In this document: positions 23,057 through 34,170 of the stretch, in pieces
Position numbering within the stretch: position 1 is the first letter of the stretch
Layout: each line of letters opens with the position of its first letter
Source: Nemertoderma westbladi
Taxonomy: Eukaryota > Animalia > Xenacoelomorpha
Direction: 5' to 3'
Assembly: GCA_032718475.1 (NCBI GenBank)
Contig: JAUCBJ010008551.1
Span: forward strand, 1-64,000
Length of the DNA: 64,000 nucleotides
The notes under the pieces: model-generated
Database searches by the model: none
What the model was told of the DNA's origin: nothing
The model's input: only the letters and a program-made list of their open reading frames with translations
Position numbers and translations under genes: made by a program

Positions 23057-25500
23057 ATGGACCCAAATTGCCAAATTATCGGCGAACTACGTAATACGAT
23101 AGATTTACTGGAATATCCACAACCTGGATCCCCTAACTTTGATACAAAATGGAACGCCCTGATAAATGAGAATGTGCGAGTCGTCAAATTCTCCGGGCGA
23201 GAGGGACCAGATTCCCGGAATCTACGAGACCTCCGGTTGTCCGATGCTAGTACGAGACTGAAAAGAACTCGGAACGCAAAGGCAACCGGAGGGGATGAGT
23301 TGTTGTACTGGGAAACGTTCCGGCAAAGCGCCTACAAATCCCGATGTTTGATATACGATAACGAGGGAAACGCGATGCCCACCTCGAAAGCGATTACGTT
23401 GGCGCGATGTCAAAGTTTTGTCGACGACAAGAGTACGTACCTTGCCTACTGGGGAAACCTAGCGGAGTGTACGGCAACGCTGCGAGAGGAACGTATATCA
23501 GTTATCCAGAATGCGACGACTACCAGGAGAAGTATGTGACGAAGGAATACGGTCGATCCTTGGTCGTCGTCCTCGGTACCCTGGACGGTTTGGTGTTGGT
23601 ATGTCGAATATTTCCGACACCCAGACAGGAGGTGAGGACAGCCGGAGCGATCTGGCTACTACCACCTGAGATCCAAAAGATCCTATTCGACTTCGACATC
23701 ATTAAAATCGGGTCGGATATAAAGGCGGACGTCCGAAATGACTACGCGAATGCTCACTTTGGAAGAGACCGTCGAGAAGATCTCAACGACATTGGTCATT
23801 GTGTCGACACCCAGACACTATTAGCCTGGTTACGATCCGCCGAATTCCTGCGAGGACTCCGAGAGGTGAGACGGACGAAATCCGGTATCGGCTACCTCGC
23901 AGTGCAAACGGCGGCATAGATTTTTAAACCCCAGAAATTCCAGGACTATAATAAGATATATGGTGGATACCCTGGATTAGAAATAAAGAGTGAGTGAGAG
24001 AGTCGCTGGAAGGACGTTGAAAGAAAGTGGACGATCCACCACAAGTGGGAGCATCCGGAGCGACGGAACTATATCTACGTCGTTATGGAATCATACACAG
24101 TTGCTAAGTTTATCTGTAAAACTCTCGATAGCCTCATTACGGTGGTTCCTAATTCCCTTATCGACTATGAGTGGAACGAAGTTATTAACCATGCGTTCAA
24201 AGCGGTCGAGAATATTTCACCGGGAGAGACAAAAACGCTCACCGTCATCGCTTCCTGGGACGAGAATGGGCCGTTCGACATCCCTACGATTACCGATCTC
24301 CTCGGTGCGGAGGAACCACTGATTTCTTCGGAGGGGGAGGAATTATGGTTACAGGAAGGTGTTCTACTGTCCACCCCAAAACGACAACTCGATCCGGAAA
24401 TCGCGTACAAACCGGCCACCAAGTGGGTTGCCTTGGCCGAACCTGTGATGGAAGCAGGCGTTTCCACCCCACTTGGCTCCAGTAGCCCCGCGAGGGAGTT
24501 AGTCACTACATTCGCGTTGAATGACTTCGGCTTCATATGTTAGAGGTTATCTCCATATCCGTTCCCGGGTGGCGAAGACTGGTCTTCGGAGATTCCGAGT
24601 ACCAGCACCCAACGGACCCGCTCAGCGACACTGGTTGAAAAGGGTCCCAACGCTGCGCCGACTCCCAAAGATCTCTTCGGAATCCCTCCATCGAAAACCC
24701 CAGCACCTCTTCGCCGACCAGCAATGGCAACTACCCCTTCCGTTCAACAGGATCCTATGCGACTTACTCAATGGTACGCCGAGCAGACCGAATGGATCCA
24801 CCGCCAGAAACGGTCATCCGAAATGAGACCGGCAGGACATAAAGAAGGTTATAGAAACAAGAACATACTACGCCAAAGCACAGCTTTTCGCGGGCTACCG
24901 GCCACAGCGAATATTCCAAAAAGCGACCGATGACTCGAGTTTTACGTCGGTGTCCCGATTCCGATATTCTTCGGCTGGGAGATGCAGTTAGAGATATGCG
25001 GAGACTGCGGTTCGGAGCAGTGCCCACACAGTAGAAGAAATCGAGTAACCGATTCGTGCCTCCAGCTCCTCGGGATACTGTATTGTCCCTACTGCGCGAC
25101 ATCGTGACATGATGTTTCAGTTTGTCCAACCCTCTATAACCTCTGCACAACATGCGGTTTCCGTGGACATTCCGCTAGCCCCCGCTGCAATATAAAGTGT
25201 CCCACGAAGGATGTAACCGCTATGGGGAATATGGTTATGTTCGAAACCTACGCAAACAACCACGTAAAGACCAAAGTACGGAGAAACGCTCGGAATATCG
25301 CGCAAGAGATGGCGTGCGGGTATTTTTTGTTCCCGGAGCGCCTCCATACCATACGCCATTGGATTTATTTTAAATGAATATTCCGATATCACTACTGGGT
25401 GCGGGAACATGGGTTTTGGGCACATTCAATGGACTGGGGGCGATTTATGGGCGAATATTGGGGCGACTTACGAGGTACGGGACTCATTTCATGTATTTAA
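23057..25500 (+). pseudogene. Extra ORF3 of BEL element 1: DEDDy/WRN-exo-like 3'-5' exonuclease plus C-terminal zinc knuckles (disrupted)
   Basis: After one frameshift near 23490, a single frame with several internal stops runs to TAA at 25498-25500, just before the PPT. Motifs: CLIYDNEG (ExoI DxE), LPPEIQKILFDFDIIKIGSDIKAD (ExoII), VDTQTL, SGIGYLA, W..PERRNYIYVVME (ExoIII-like), then CGDCGSEQCPH, CPYCATS*HDVSVC and CTTCGFRGH. Confidence 0.72.
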
Positions 25501-25520
25501 GAGCCAGGGGTGGGAGGAAA

Positions 25521-26698
25521 AGTTAAGCAGTATTCAGGTTTCCCTGATTACTATTAGGCCTAGCCAACTTCCTGCTGCCTGTAGAGGTGGATTTGGTAAC
25601 TCGCTAGGTCTAAAGGACAAGGACTGCCCTTAGCGGTCCCTGGCCAACAGCAGTTATTACGAGCCTGAAAAGGACATCGGAAAGTCTGCTGCTTGTGTCA
25701 GGGCTTTGCGACGGGAACTGACGACAGACCCCTAGCCAAGCCGTACTGGTTCCTGACCAATCCCTTCGGGGTTCGGAAAGGGTGGGATGGACACGTGAAC
25801 AGATCGACTGACTAACGGAGGAAGGGTTTGACGAGGACTGCATTCCTGAAGTGGGTTCCACGACTGGCGTTAGTACGAGCCTGAATAAGGACTCGGAAAA
25901 CCACCAACCGTTGGGGCTCACGATGGGCTGACAGACCCCTTGCCAAGCCGTACTGGTTCCTGACTGATCCCTTCGGGGTTTGGGAAGGTTGGGACGGACA
26001 CGCAACGGGGTCGAAAGACAAAGGACTGGACTCTACTGGCCTACCGACTGTTCGGAGCAGCTTCTCGGCTGCCTAAGCGACTACGAGCCTGAATAAGGAC
26101 TCGGAAAGCCTAGGTGGTTGGGTCCCTGCAATGAACCGACGGACCCCTAGCCAAGCCGTACTGGTTCCTGATGACTGATCCTTTTGGGGTTCGGGAAGGG
26201 TGGGACGGACACGCAAACGGGTCCACCGACATGACAGACCCCTAGCCAAGCCGTACTGGTTTCTGATAACCGATCCCTTCGGGGTTTGGGAAGGGTGGGA
26301 CGGACACGCAACAGGGTCGTCCGACACCGACACCACGGTACCGAGACTAGGACCGGGGGGAAATTGGGGAACATTAGTTAGGCTAAAATCTGAGCGTACA
26401 GTGGGTAATTAAATAATGTACTGTAGGGATTTATATTGTCGTGTTATATTATTGTGAATATTTGGTGTATATTGGTTTGGGGAAGCCCAACTTATTCTCA
26501 ATCAAGGTTCAACTGTAGGGAAGTTACATTAAAGAGTATATCCAACCAATGAAACTTTTCCTCAACCGCAATCTTGCATTTCAGAACGTATTCCTTCTCC
26601 ACTACCAATATCCGGTGACTGGCCGGGATTCCGTGGTCTGAAAAGTTCCGCCTCCAGCATCGGCGATTTCCCCCATGGTGTCGGGAATAACGGCAACA
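25521..26698 (+). repeat. 3' LTR of BEL element 1
   Basis: Follows PPT AGGGGTGGGAGGAAA (25506-25520); starts AGTT (TGTT expected, so the start is inferred); ends GGCAACA; four internal ~80-bp structured repeats. Confidence 0.85.
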
Positions 26699-26819
26699 TC
26701 TTCAATTATCCTTATAAGTGCCAAAATGGGCTCCATGGTCCCACGACCTTTACGGAATCCATTGTGATTTCCACGGAGCAGTCTCTCAATGGGATCCCTG
26801 ATGCGATTTAATATAATTC
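26699..26819 (-). mobile_element. 5'-most remnant of the same RTE LINE (right piece)
   Basis: Minus strand reads RIILNRIRDPIERLLRGNHNGFRKGRGTMEPILALIRIIE (RTE RT N-terminal region) and is bounded by TSD GGATAGTAGATA at 26820-26831. Confidence 0.85.
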
Positions 26820-26939
26820 GGATAGTAGATAGAATAGAATGAAATCAAAGATACTAGGTTAATAACTGACCTGACAGTCTAATTTCTGTTAAACAATATA
26901 TAAATCAAAGGAAAAGTAATAAATTGTCAACTTGTCATC

Positions 26940-27490
26940 ATGTCAACTTATCAGCGTTCTGGTGAATTACTCGTAACGCTACAAATGACTACTTTGCAGC
27001 GTTGCGGCCTATAGGACAGAACGCTGCAAAGTAATCAATGACATGGAAACAACTTCAATTAACGCATTCCAGAATTTATTATTTCCATTTATGTTAATGA
27101 TTGCTGCTTTATTATCCAGTTTGCAGTAACGGGACTAGCTACTGTATGTAAATAATTGTTTAACGTGTACTGTAATCCATTATGGCAAATGTCCAATAGA
27201 AGACACTAAAAAAACCAAAGAAAATGGCGACAGTGTTCAGTAAAACTGAACGGACACAGACAGTGAATAAGTTTGCTTCAGTCGACTAAAGTCAAGATGG
27301 ATTAATGATTTATCACATCCAAGCAGGAGATAACTTCCAATAAACTTTAAGTAGATTTAAATTTATAATTAATACTGTGTCTGTTAAAAAATTTTACTTA
27401 TATTCGATATAGTGTAGTACATGATTAAAATGTATAAATAAGCATCCATAAAATCCTTTATTCACATACCGAACGCTGATAAGTTGACAT
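26940..27490. repeat. MITE-like segment with 20-bp inverted repeats
   Basis: ATGTCAACTTATCAGCGTTC (~26940) versus GAACGCTGATAAGTTGACAT (27471-27490); internal hairpin TACTTTGCAGCGTT...AACGCTGCAAAGTA near 26990-27033. No TSD identified. Confidence 0.5.
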
Positions 27491-28356
27491 AATGTAACAA
27501 AATTACATACATCATTGCTTGCAAAGGTAACTTTTCAGCGTTAAAGACCCTTGTTTGTTTATGTAAACCTCCCACGCTGCGATCGCTCGGTACATAAATA
27601 AACTCGGGTTATAACGCTGCAAATTGTTACTTTGCACACAATACTTTAAATAGTTATTATTTATTTGTGGGGAATTATTTGTAGTTACAGTATGCACTCA
27701 AACTTTCTGGAACAACCTAATAATGACACGGTGACATACTGGATATACTGGAAATACATAGTAAATGTATGGCGTAGGGACATACTGAGAAATAATGTCG
27801 CACTGCGATATAAAGCTGGAAAATATGTCGCTCTGGCGATTTGGTAGTGCGAAATTAATTCCAAACAAATAAATAAAAATTAATATTCTATACACCATGT
27901 CCTAGAATATAGTGTCGTTATTCAGGTACCCTCCACCCCCCCCCCCCCCCCCCCCCCTCAAATTTAAATTTTTCTACAAATCTTAATGAGATTGCATGAA
28001 ATTTTAAACGTAGATAGTTTCACCTCCCTCCTCCTCCATGGTGAGCTATAATTTTCACTTTTGATTTCATTCTTTAGCTACAAGCGTTTGAAAAAGGTGT
28101 CTCCGTCGATAATGCTCAAGTTACCCTGCAGTTATTATTCAATCTTATAGTAATTTATAGGTACAGTAAGAATGCTGGCCATGCAAAGATTCCAAATATG
28201 TATCACAATCTGAATTTCGTCGTAAAATAGCTGAGAAATGAGCCTCAAATTTTGCATGGTTTTGCGCCTGTGCAAGGCTATTTCATTCTACTTAGCAAAT
28301 AAACCATATTCTGGAACACTTTGCTTATGTATGAATAGCTATACAATAGTAGGACT

Positions 28357-29395
28357 ATGGCCTATGGTGACAAAGAACCATTTGAAGTATTATGGGGAGT
28401 CCTCCAAGGAGACACAATTGCGCCTTTCATGTTCATAATTGTGGTTGACTATGTTCTACGCATGTCCTTAGATCATCATAATGATGTTGGGGTGATGGTA
28501 ACTCCCCCTACTGGCTCCAGAAGTCGAGAAAATCCTGCCAAGTACCTAACTGATCTAGAATTTGCTGATGACTTAGGAGTACACTTAGAATCACTAGAGG
28601 GAGCCCAACGGCTCCTCAGCTCATTAGAACAGGTTGCTTCTAGTGTCGTATTTTTATTAACTCCAGAAAGACCAAAATTATGACAGTTAACTTTGAAAGT
28701 CTTAAGCAAGTCTCTGATTGGATGAGCATAAGCTCAAAGGATGTTATGTTTGAGCATGTGGACGACTTCTGTTACCTGGGATCATGGATCCGGAAGTCAG
28801 GTGAGGACTTTCGAAAACGTAAGGGAAAGGCATGGGCAGCCTTGAATAGGCTTTCCAGGATTTGGAAGTCACAGAGAATTAATCGGAAACTTAAGGTCCA
28901 ATTGTTTAGAGCAGCAGTAGTTCCAGTACTCCTCCATGGGAGTCAATGCTGGGCTCTAACTGCTGAGGACACCAAATCTCTGGATGGCATATTCACAAGA
29001 ATGCTACGCCGTGTTCATTGTGTCAAGTACAATGCACACATCTCCAACCAGACACTATATAACATTGGAGTTGTCTCATTGGTTCCCCCAAGCTTGACAT
29101 TAGAACAAAATCTCCTCCGCTTTGCAGGACATTGCTTTCGCAGTGAGGACCAGCCAGTGCATAATCTTGTACTTTGGCAGCCTCATGGAGTGAATAAGAA
29201 TGGTGGACAGTCCATAAATCTCTTGAGACGCATCTTAAAGGAAACTGGCCTTGAATATGCGGATGATCTAGCAAATGTCATGGGTGATAGCGAGTTGTGG
29301 CGGCGCAATTTTGTCGACAAGGCGGCACAGCATTCTTAAAAAAGCAGCTGCAATGCACCAAGCCGATCCTAGTAGCAGTAGTAGTAGTAGTAGTA
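28357..29395 (+). mobile_element. 5'-truncated RTE LINE
   Basis: GVLQGDTIAPFMF, LEFADD, FCYLGSWI, RFAGHC; frameshift near 28650; (TAG)n tail at 29370-29395; same family as 12637-13221. Confidence 0.9.
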
Positions 29396-29399
29396 TTAA

Positions 29400-30128
29400 C
29401 ATCGAGGTTGAACTGCGATTCGCTAGAATTCAGTCAGTCAGTGTTGGCAAATGAGCGGTGTAAGATTTCTATCCGTTTTCCGAGAAGTTAAAAATTCTGA
29501 ACGAATTCTCGTAATGATGTCTCTTCTCGAAGCCGATATTCGCTTTTGGGATGATAAGTCACTCTTTCCTGAACCTCACGATGTATCCAGTCTGGATTCC
29601 ATTCTCCAAGACCAGAATGATGCAAGTTTGTGTGCTGCACTATCGACAGAGTCTATGGAGGTTGTGGAGCACATTGCTGGGTTCATTATAAAGAAGCTCC
29701 GGGATTTATCCTAATCCAATGATACATGCCACAAATGTCAAGTATTCTCTACCTCTACTATCGCGTCTACCAGCAATGATGGACTAGACACTGGACAGTC
29801 CACAAGCTATCTTGGAGTGCTCAACCGAGGTGGACTTCTAACGCCATCGCCGGCGTTCAGTGAGATTATTTGCGACGGTTTTTGTCGATTGGACTATGCT
29901 GAAGGTATCCTTCAGCAAACGGGTACCCCTATTCGTGCTGCCTCAAAGCACGTTTTGGAGATCTTTGGAATTTGTGCGTCGGAAATGTTTTGCGAACTCC
30001 ACAAGAAGAACATCACTCTAGTTCACTTAAACATTTTCTTCAATAACTCCCAACATGAGATAACTGACCAAAGACGTGTGCAAAGTAACACTGCGCTCAA
30101 GCAACGGCAACGTTCTAGACGTCAGTAA
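29400..30128 (+). pseudogene. C-terminal fragment of a P-element/THAP9-like transposase
   Basis: NCDSLE..., MSGVRFL...REV..SERIL...SLL, EVVEHIAGFIIKKL, CHKC and YL..LNRGGLLTPS motifs, as seen in invertebrate P-like transposases. Confidence 0.7.
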
Positions 30129-33100
30129 ATATTTGTGCTACAAACATTTTGAGTCCGAGCCAAGGGAGTCTCTATAAACAATCCGAGATATAGGAGTCAA
30201 ACTTTGAGTTCTATAAACAGATATGTTTTTAAATAGATATGTTTTTAAATAGATATGTTTTTTATCATAAACAATCAATAGCAAAAGCCATCCATGTTTA
30301 TATTCAGATATTACAGAAATAAATACTACATTAAGTAAATAATTAAGTACTCCCGGTATTCTGGTGCAGTAGCAAAGTACTGGAAAAACTGGGCTCTTTT
30401 TAAACAGGCCTATGCGCAAGCATGTTAGGCCGTTTATATAGTAGGCAATGGTAGGACTATAGAGTTATTGCATTGTTGCCCAGCTACATATGGGATAAAC
30501 AAATCGTTCTAGAATGTGATGAATTAATTACATAGAATAAAATAGTCTTAGCAGGTGTAAAACCATGCGACTTTAGAATGCCCATATCTCAGACATTTTA
30601 CGACGAAATTCAGATTGTGATACATATTTGGAATCCTTGCATGGCCAGCTTTCCGTCAATATCAACAAATCGCTATGCAGTTGACGAATATCTGTGGTGT
30701 AACAGATGCAACACCGACGGAGACACCTTTTTCAAACGCTTGTAGCTAAAGAATGAAACCAAAAATAAAAATTTTGGCTCACCCAGCAAGGAGGAGGGAG
30801 GTGAAACTATCTCTGTTTCAAATTTCATGCAATCTCATTAAGATTTGTAGAAAAATGGGGGGGGGGGGGGGGGGGGGGGGGTGAAGTCCATGTTCTAACA
30901 TGTTAAAAAATTGGTAATTAAGGGCAATAACGATTTGTAGATTTTAAAAATGGTGTCCATAGTACATAATTTCTAGAAGACTAGCTGTTGCATGCTTTTG
31001 GATTTTGATAATATTTATTAAATATAGCAAAATAATTATCATTACTGTGACTTTGCCAAGATTCAAGATGTTTGTTTATAGGTTATTCCTACTGGCGATA
31101 TTTATCTTCATGGATATAGACGGCACATCAGGGAGAAGGGAGGTGAAAGATGTAAGTACTAACTAACTAACAATGTAATATATATATATATTTATTTCAA
31201 ACAAGTCACTTAAGACTATCGTTGACACTTGTCACATTAAATACAACCGAATTATACTATACAATGAAACAAATAAATTTACACCACCAGCGCCCCTCAC
31301 AATAAGAACGATGCACATATTATATGTATATAAGAAATTCACATCAATGTTATAAGCACAATAATGATATATTTAAGTGGTTGAGATTGTAGCTACTCAT
31401 GATGGCATTAGTTTACCTTGGGTCTTCATTTTCAACGAACTTTTATAGGCATTAGTGTGGCCTGCGTGTCCACTTTATGAATAATGTTTTTCATGTGGAA
31501 ATTACTATTATCGTGATGTTTTTTGTTCAAGAATAAAATTGGACCTTCTGACAATAAGATGTGAGTAGTTTTATTGGTAACAGTTCCGTATAACACTACA
31601 TTTTTATAACATAGATCATTGTTAGGGCCTACCATGGCAACATTGCAGAGTTCTAGAACACAATATAAATATTATACATTATCATAGAACATAAATATAA
31701 TAAAAAAAATAATGTTCTAGAACATATATAGCTAGATATTTTACAAATTTAAAATTGCTAGTAATTAAAAAAATGGCAATATTATAAAATTTTTGGGGTG
31801 AGAAATGTCAAAAAGTAACATTAATGTAATTAAAAGACAGGTGCAGAGAAAAATAAGAAAAATATACAAGGCCAGAGCTTCGTGTGGAGGAGCGCATTAA
31901 CTATAACTATGAAGATAACGAAAATAATGAAAATAACAGAATAGATGTGAGGCAACTTGAGGATATCATTACTAATTGCCATACGCATAGCCTAGACTAT
32001 CTATCTCATTAACATACTTTCATATTGAGTAACATTTCTGCTGTACCACGGTATTAACACTTTCTGCTGTACTGCTGTATGTCAGTACATATTACTGCAG
32101 TACTGTTACTGAAGTCTAACAGCCTACGTTATTATTAATTATCTTGTTATCATTAAATAAACTTAATCTGAGTGTACTACTACTACTACTACTACTAGGT
32201 CGAGCGAACTCGGACAGTGGAAATGAGATCCTTCCAGGCTTCCCGATTCTCCATAGTTGTCGCAATTTCGTTTCTCCCAAGTTCAGTATTCCTTTCAAGT
32301 TGATCTATATATGTTATGGCAGGTCGTGCACGACTACGCTTTCCATGAGTTGGTTGCCAGAGAAGTAGATCTGGTATGACCTCGTCTTTACTTCGCCAGC
32401 AGTGCCCACTGAATCTTAATCTGCGTTCACGGAGGGTGGTTGATACAGGTGGTATTGTACCATAGAGCTCGGCGTTTGTCATGTGTTGTCTCCAGCTGAT
32501 GTTTAGGGCTGCCCTTAGTAGTCTTGTGTAGCAACCATCAATTCGTTGTTCAAGTGACTTAGTCAGTGTCCAGGTCTCACCCCCGTATAAAAATACACTT
32601 TCCACTGTGACTCGAAAGAACTTGGTCTTCAGGTGCCTGGAGAGATCTGATTTCCAGATGGTATCCATTTTTGATAGAGCTACCCAAGCCTTTGCTTTCC
32701 TAACTTCTATGTCCTTTTTGCTACTCTCTATCCATGATCCAAGGTACTGGAAGTCATCGACCTGCCTTAGTTGATTATTATCAATGGTTGTCAAGTTTCC
32801 ATCAACATTAAAGGTCATGAATTCGGTCTTGGTAGCATTTATATGCAATCCAACCTCCTTAGCAGCCCTCTCCACTTTATTTAGTAGAAGCTGTGCATCT
32901 GCTAGCGTATTAGAGAGCAGGGCAATGTCATCTGCAAAGTCGGTGTCTGTGACTGTAGTTGCCGGATATCTACTACTTCTGCGTTCTTGAAGTGTGAATC
33001 CCAGATCTTCACCCTTTGTGGCCGTCCTCATTGCGTAATCCAGCACAATTACAAATAGTAATGGTGCAAATGTGTCACCTTGCAGTACGCCAGCCAGGAT

Positions 33101-33307
33101 TGAGAAAAACTCAGTTTCACCATCTGGTGAGAGTACCTGCGCTTCTGTGTCACAATATAGCAATCCAATGCCAGCAACAATTACTTCTGGTATTCCATAA
33201 GCTCTTAGGATTTCAAGCATTTTACCTCTATGGATGGAGTCGAATGCCTTCTTGATATTGTTGGGGGGAGTTTGATCTTTTACTGGTGACACAAAATTAA
33301 AGTTATA

Positions 33308-33341
33308 CCAAATATTTCGGCCTACAGGCCTTTATCAATGG
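33308..33341 (-). ncRNA. Inverted second copy of the minimal hammerhead ribozyme
   Basis: Exact reverse complement of 33495-33528. Confidence 0.7.
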
Positions 33342-33494
33342 ATTTATAGGTATTATTATATACACGTAAAACTACACGTATTAGTTATCTACTGTACGTA
33401 TTTTCGGTGCCTCAATCTTTAGTCAGGACTTACCGGTACTCCTTCCTGTCGGTACGTTGGTGTGTTTTACGTGTATATAATAATACCTATAAAT

Positions 33495-33528
33495 CCATTG
33501 ATAAAGGCCTGTAGGCCGAAATATTTGG
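33495..33528 (+). ncRNA. Minimal type I hammerhead ribozyme (Penelope-type, U3-A8 variant)
   Basis: CCA-TTGATAA-A-GGCC TGTA GGCC-GAAA-TA-TT-TGG: stem I CCA/TGG, core UUGAUAA, stem II GGCC/GGCC, GAAA, palindromic one-pair stem III (AATATT). Confidence 0.7.
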
Positions 33529-34170
33529 TATAACTTTAATTTTGAGTCACCTGTAAAAGATCAAACTCCCCCCAACAATATTATGATCACCCCGGTGACC
33601 TGGGCACGGAACTACCTTATTAATGCCTTCTTGAAGTCCACAAAAGTCATGACTGCGGGGAGATTCTTTGACTTAATTCCTTCAATCAGTCTCCGTAGTG
33701 CAAGTATCTGAGCTATTGTTGATCTACTTAGTCGAAATCCGTTTTGGCTCTTACGCTGTAGTTTCTCTATGTGAGGCCTAATCCTATATAGAATCATTTT
33801 ATTGTATATTTTGGCAGCTACCACAAGCAGACAGATCCCACGATAGTTTGTTGGTATGCCGAGGTCTCCTTTCTTGGGGAGAGGCTTTAGTTGACCTTTA
33901 GTCCAAATTGGTGGTGGCTTTTCCCCTTTTAACATCCGGTTGCAAACATTCAATAATGGTCTACTTAGCACTCCGGTTTTCCATACCTCCGCTGGGATTT
34001 TATCTAATCCACTCGCTTTATTATTGGACGTGCTTTTAATGCTTCTTTGGAGTTCGGCAGGTGTTCTGAGTCTGAATCTGAGTGTAGCGGTACGAAATAC
34101 ACCTTGATATTGTCTCACACCATGGCGCAGTGTGTATGTTAAACGTCTTTACAGCATACAGGTTTACTGA

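Larger units (their letters stand above)
13219..26698 (+). mobile_element. BEL/Pao LTR retrotransposon 1 (decayed, with an extra ORF3)
   Basis: Direct terminal repeats 13219-14300 and 25521-26698 ending in ...GGCAACA; gag-PR-RT-RH-IN order with BEL-type motifs; polypurine tract at 25506-25520. Confidence 0.92.
27935..30881 (+). mobile_element. P-superfamily (THAP9/Galileo-like) DNA transposon relic with long TIRs
   Basis: ~27935-28330 is the diverged reverse complement of ~30495-30881 (e.g. TTCTACAAATCTTAATGAGATTGCATGAAATTT and GCTACAAGCGTTTGAAAAAGGTGTCTCCGTCG) and encloses a P-type transposase C-terminus. Confidence 0.7.
33256..33621. mobile_element. Penelope-like element remnant with inverted pseudo-LTR arms
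   Basis: ~33255-33371 is the reverse complement of ~33465-33581; 13-bp TSD AATGCCTTCTTGA at 33243-33255 and 33622-33634 splits the RTE KKAFD motif; each arm carries a minimal hammerhead. Confidence 0.75.
32177..34074 (-). mobile_element. 5'-truncated RTE LINE (second family) inserted in the Gypsy 5' LTR
   Basis: NYRGICLL, QNGFR, FVDFKKAFDSIHR, GVLQGD, FADD, YLGSWI; (TAG)n tail at 32177-32198; 12-bp TSD AATCTGAGTGTA at 32165-32176 and 34075-34086. Confidence 0.92.
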
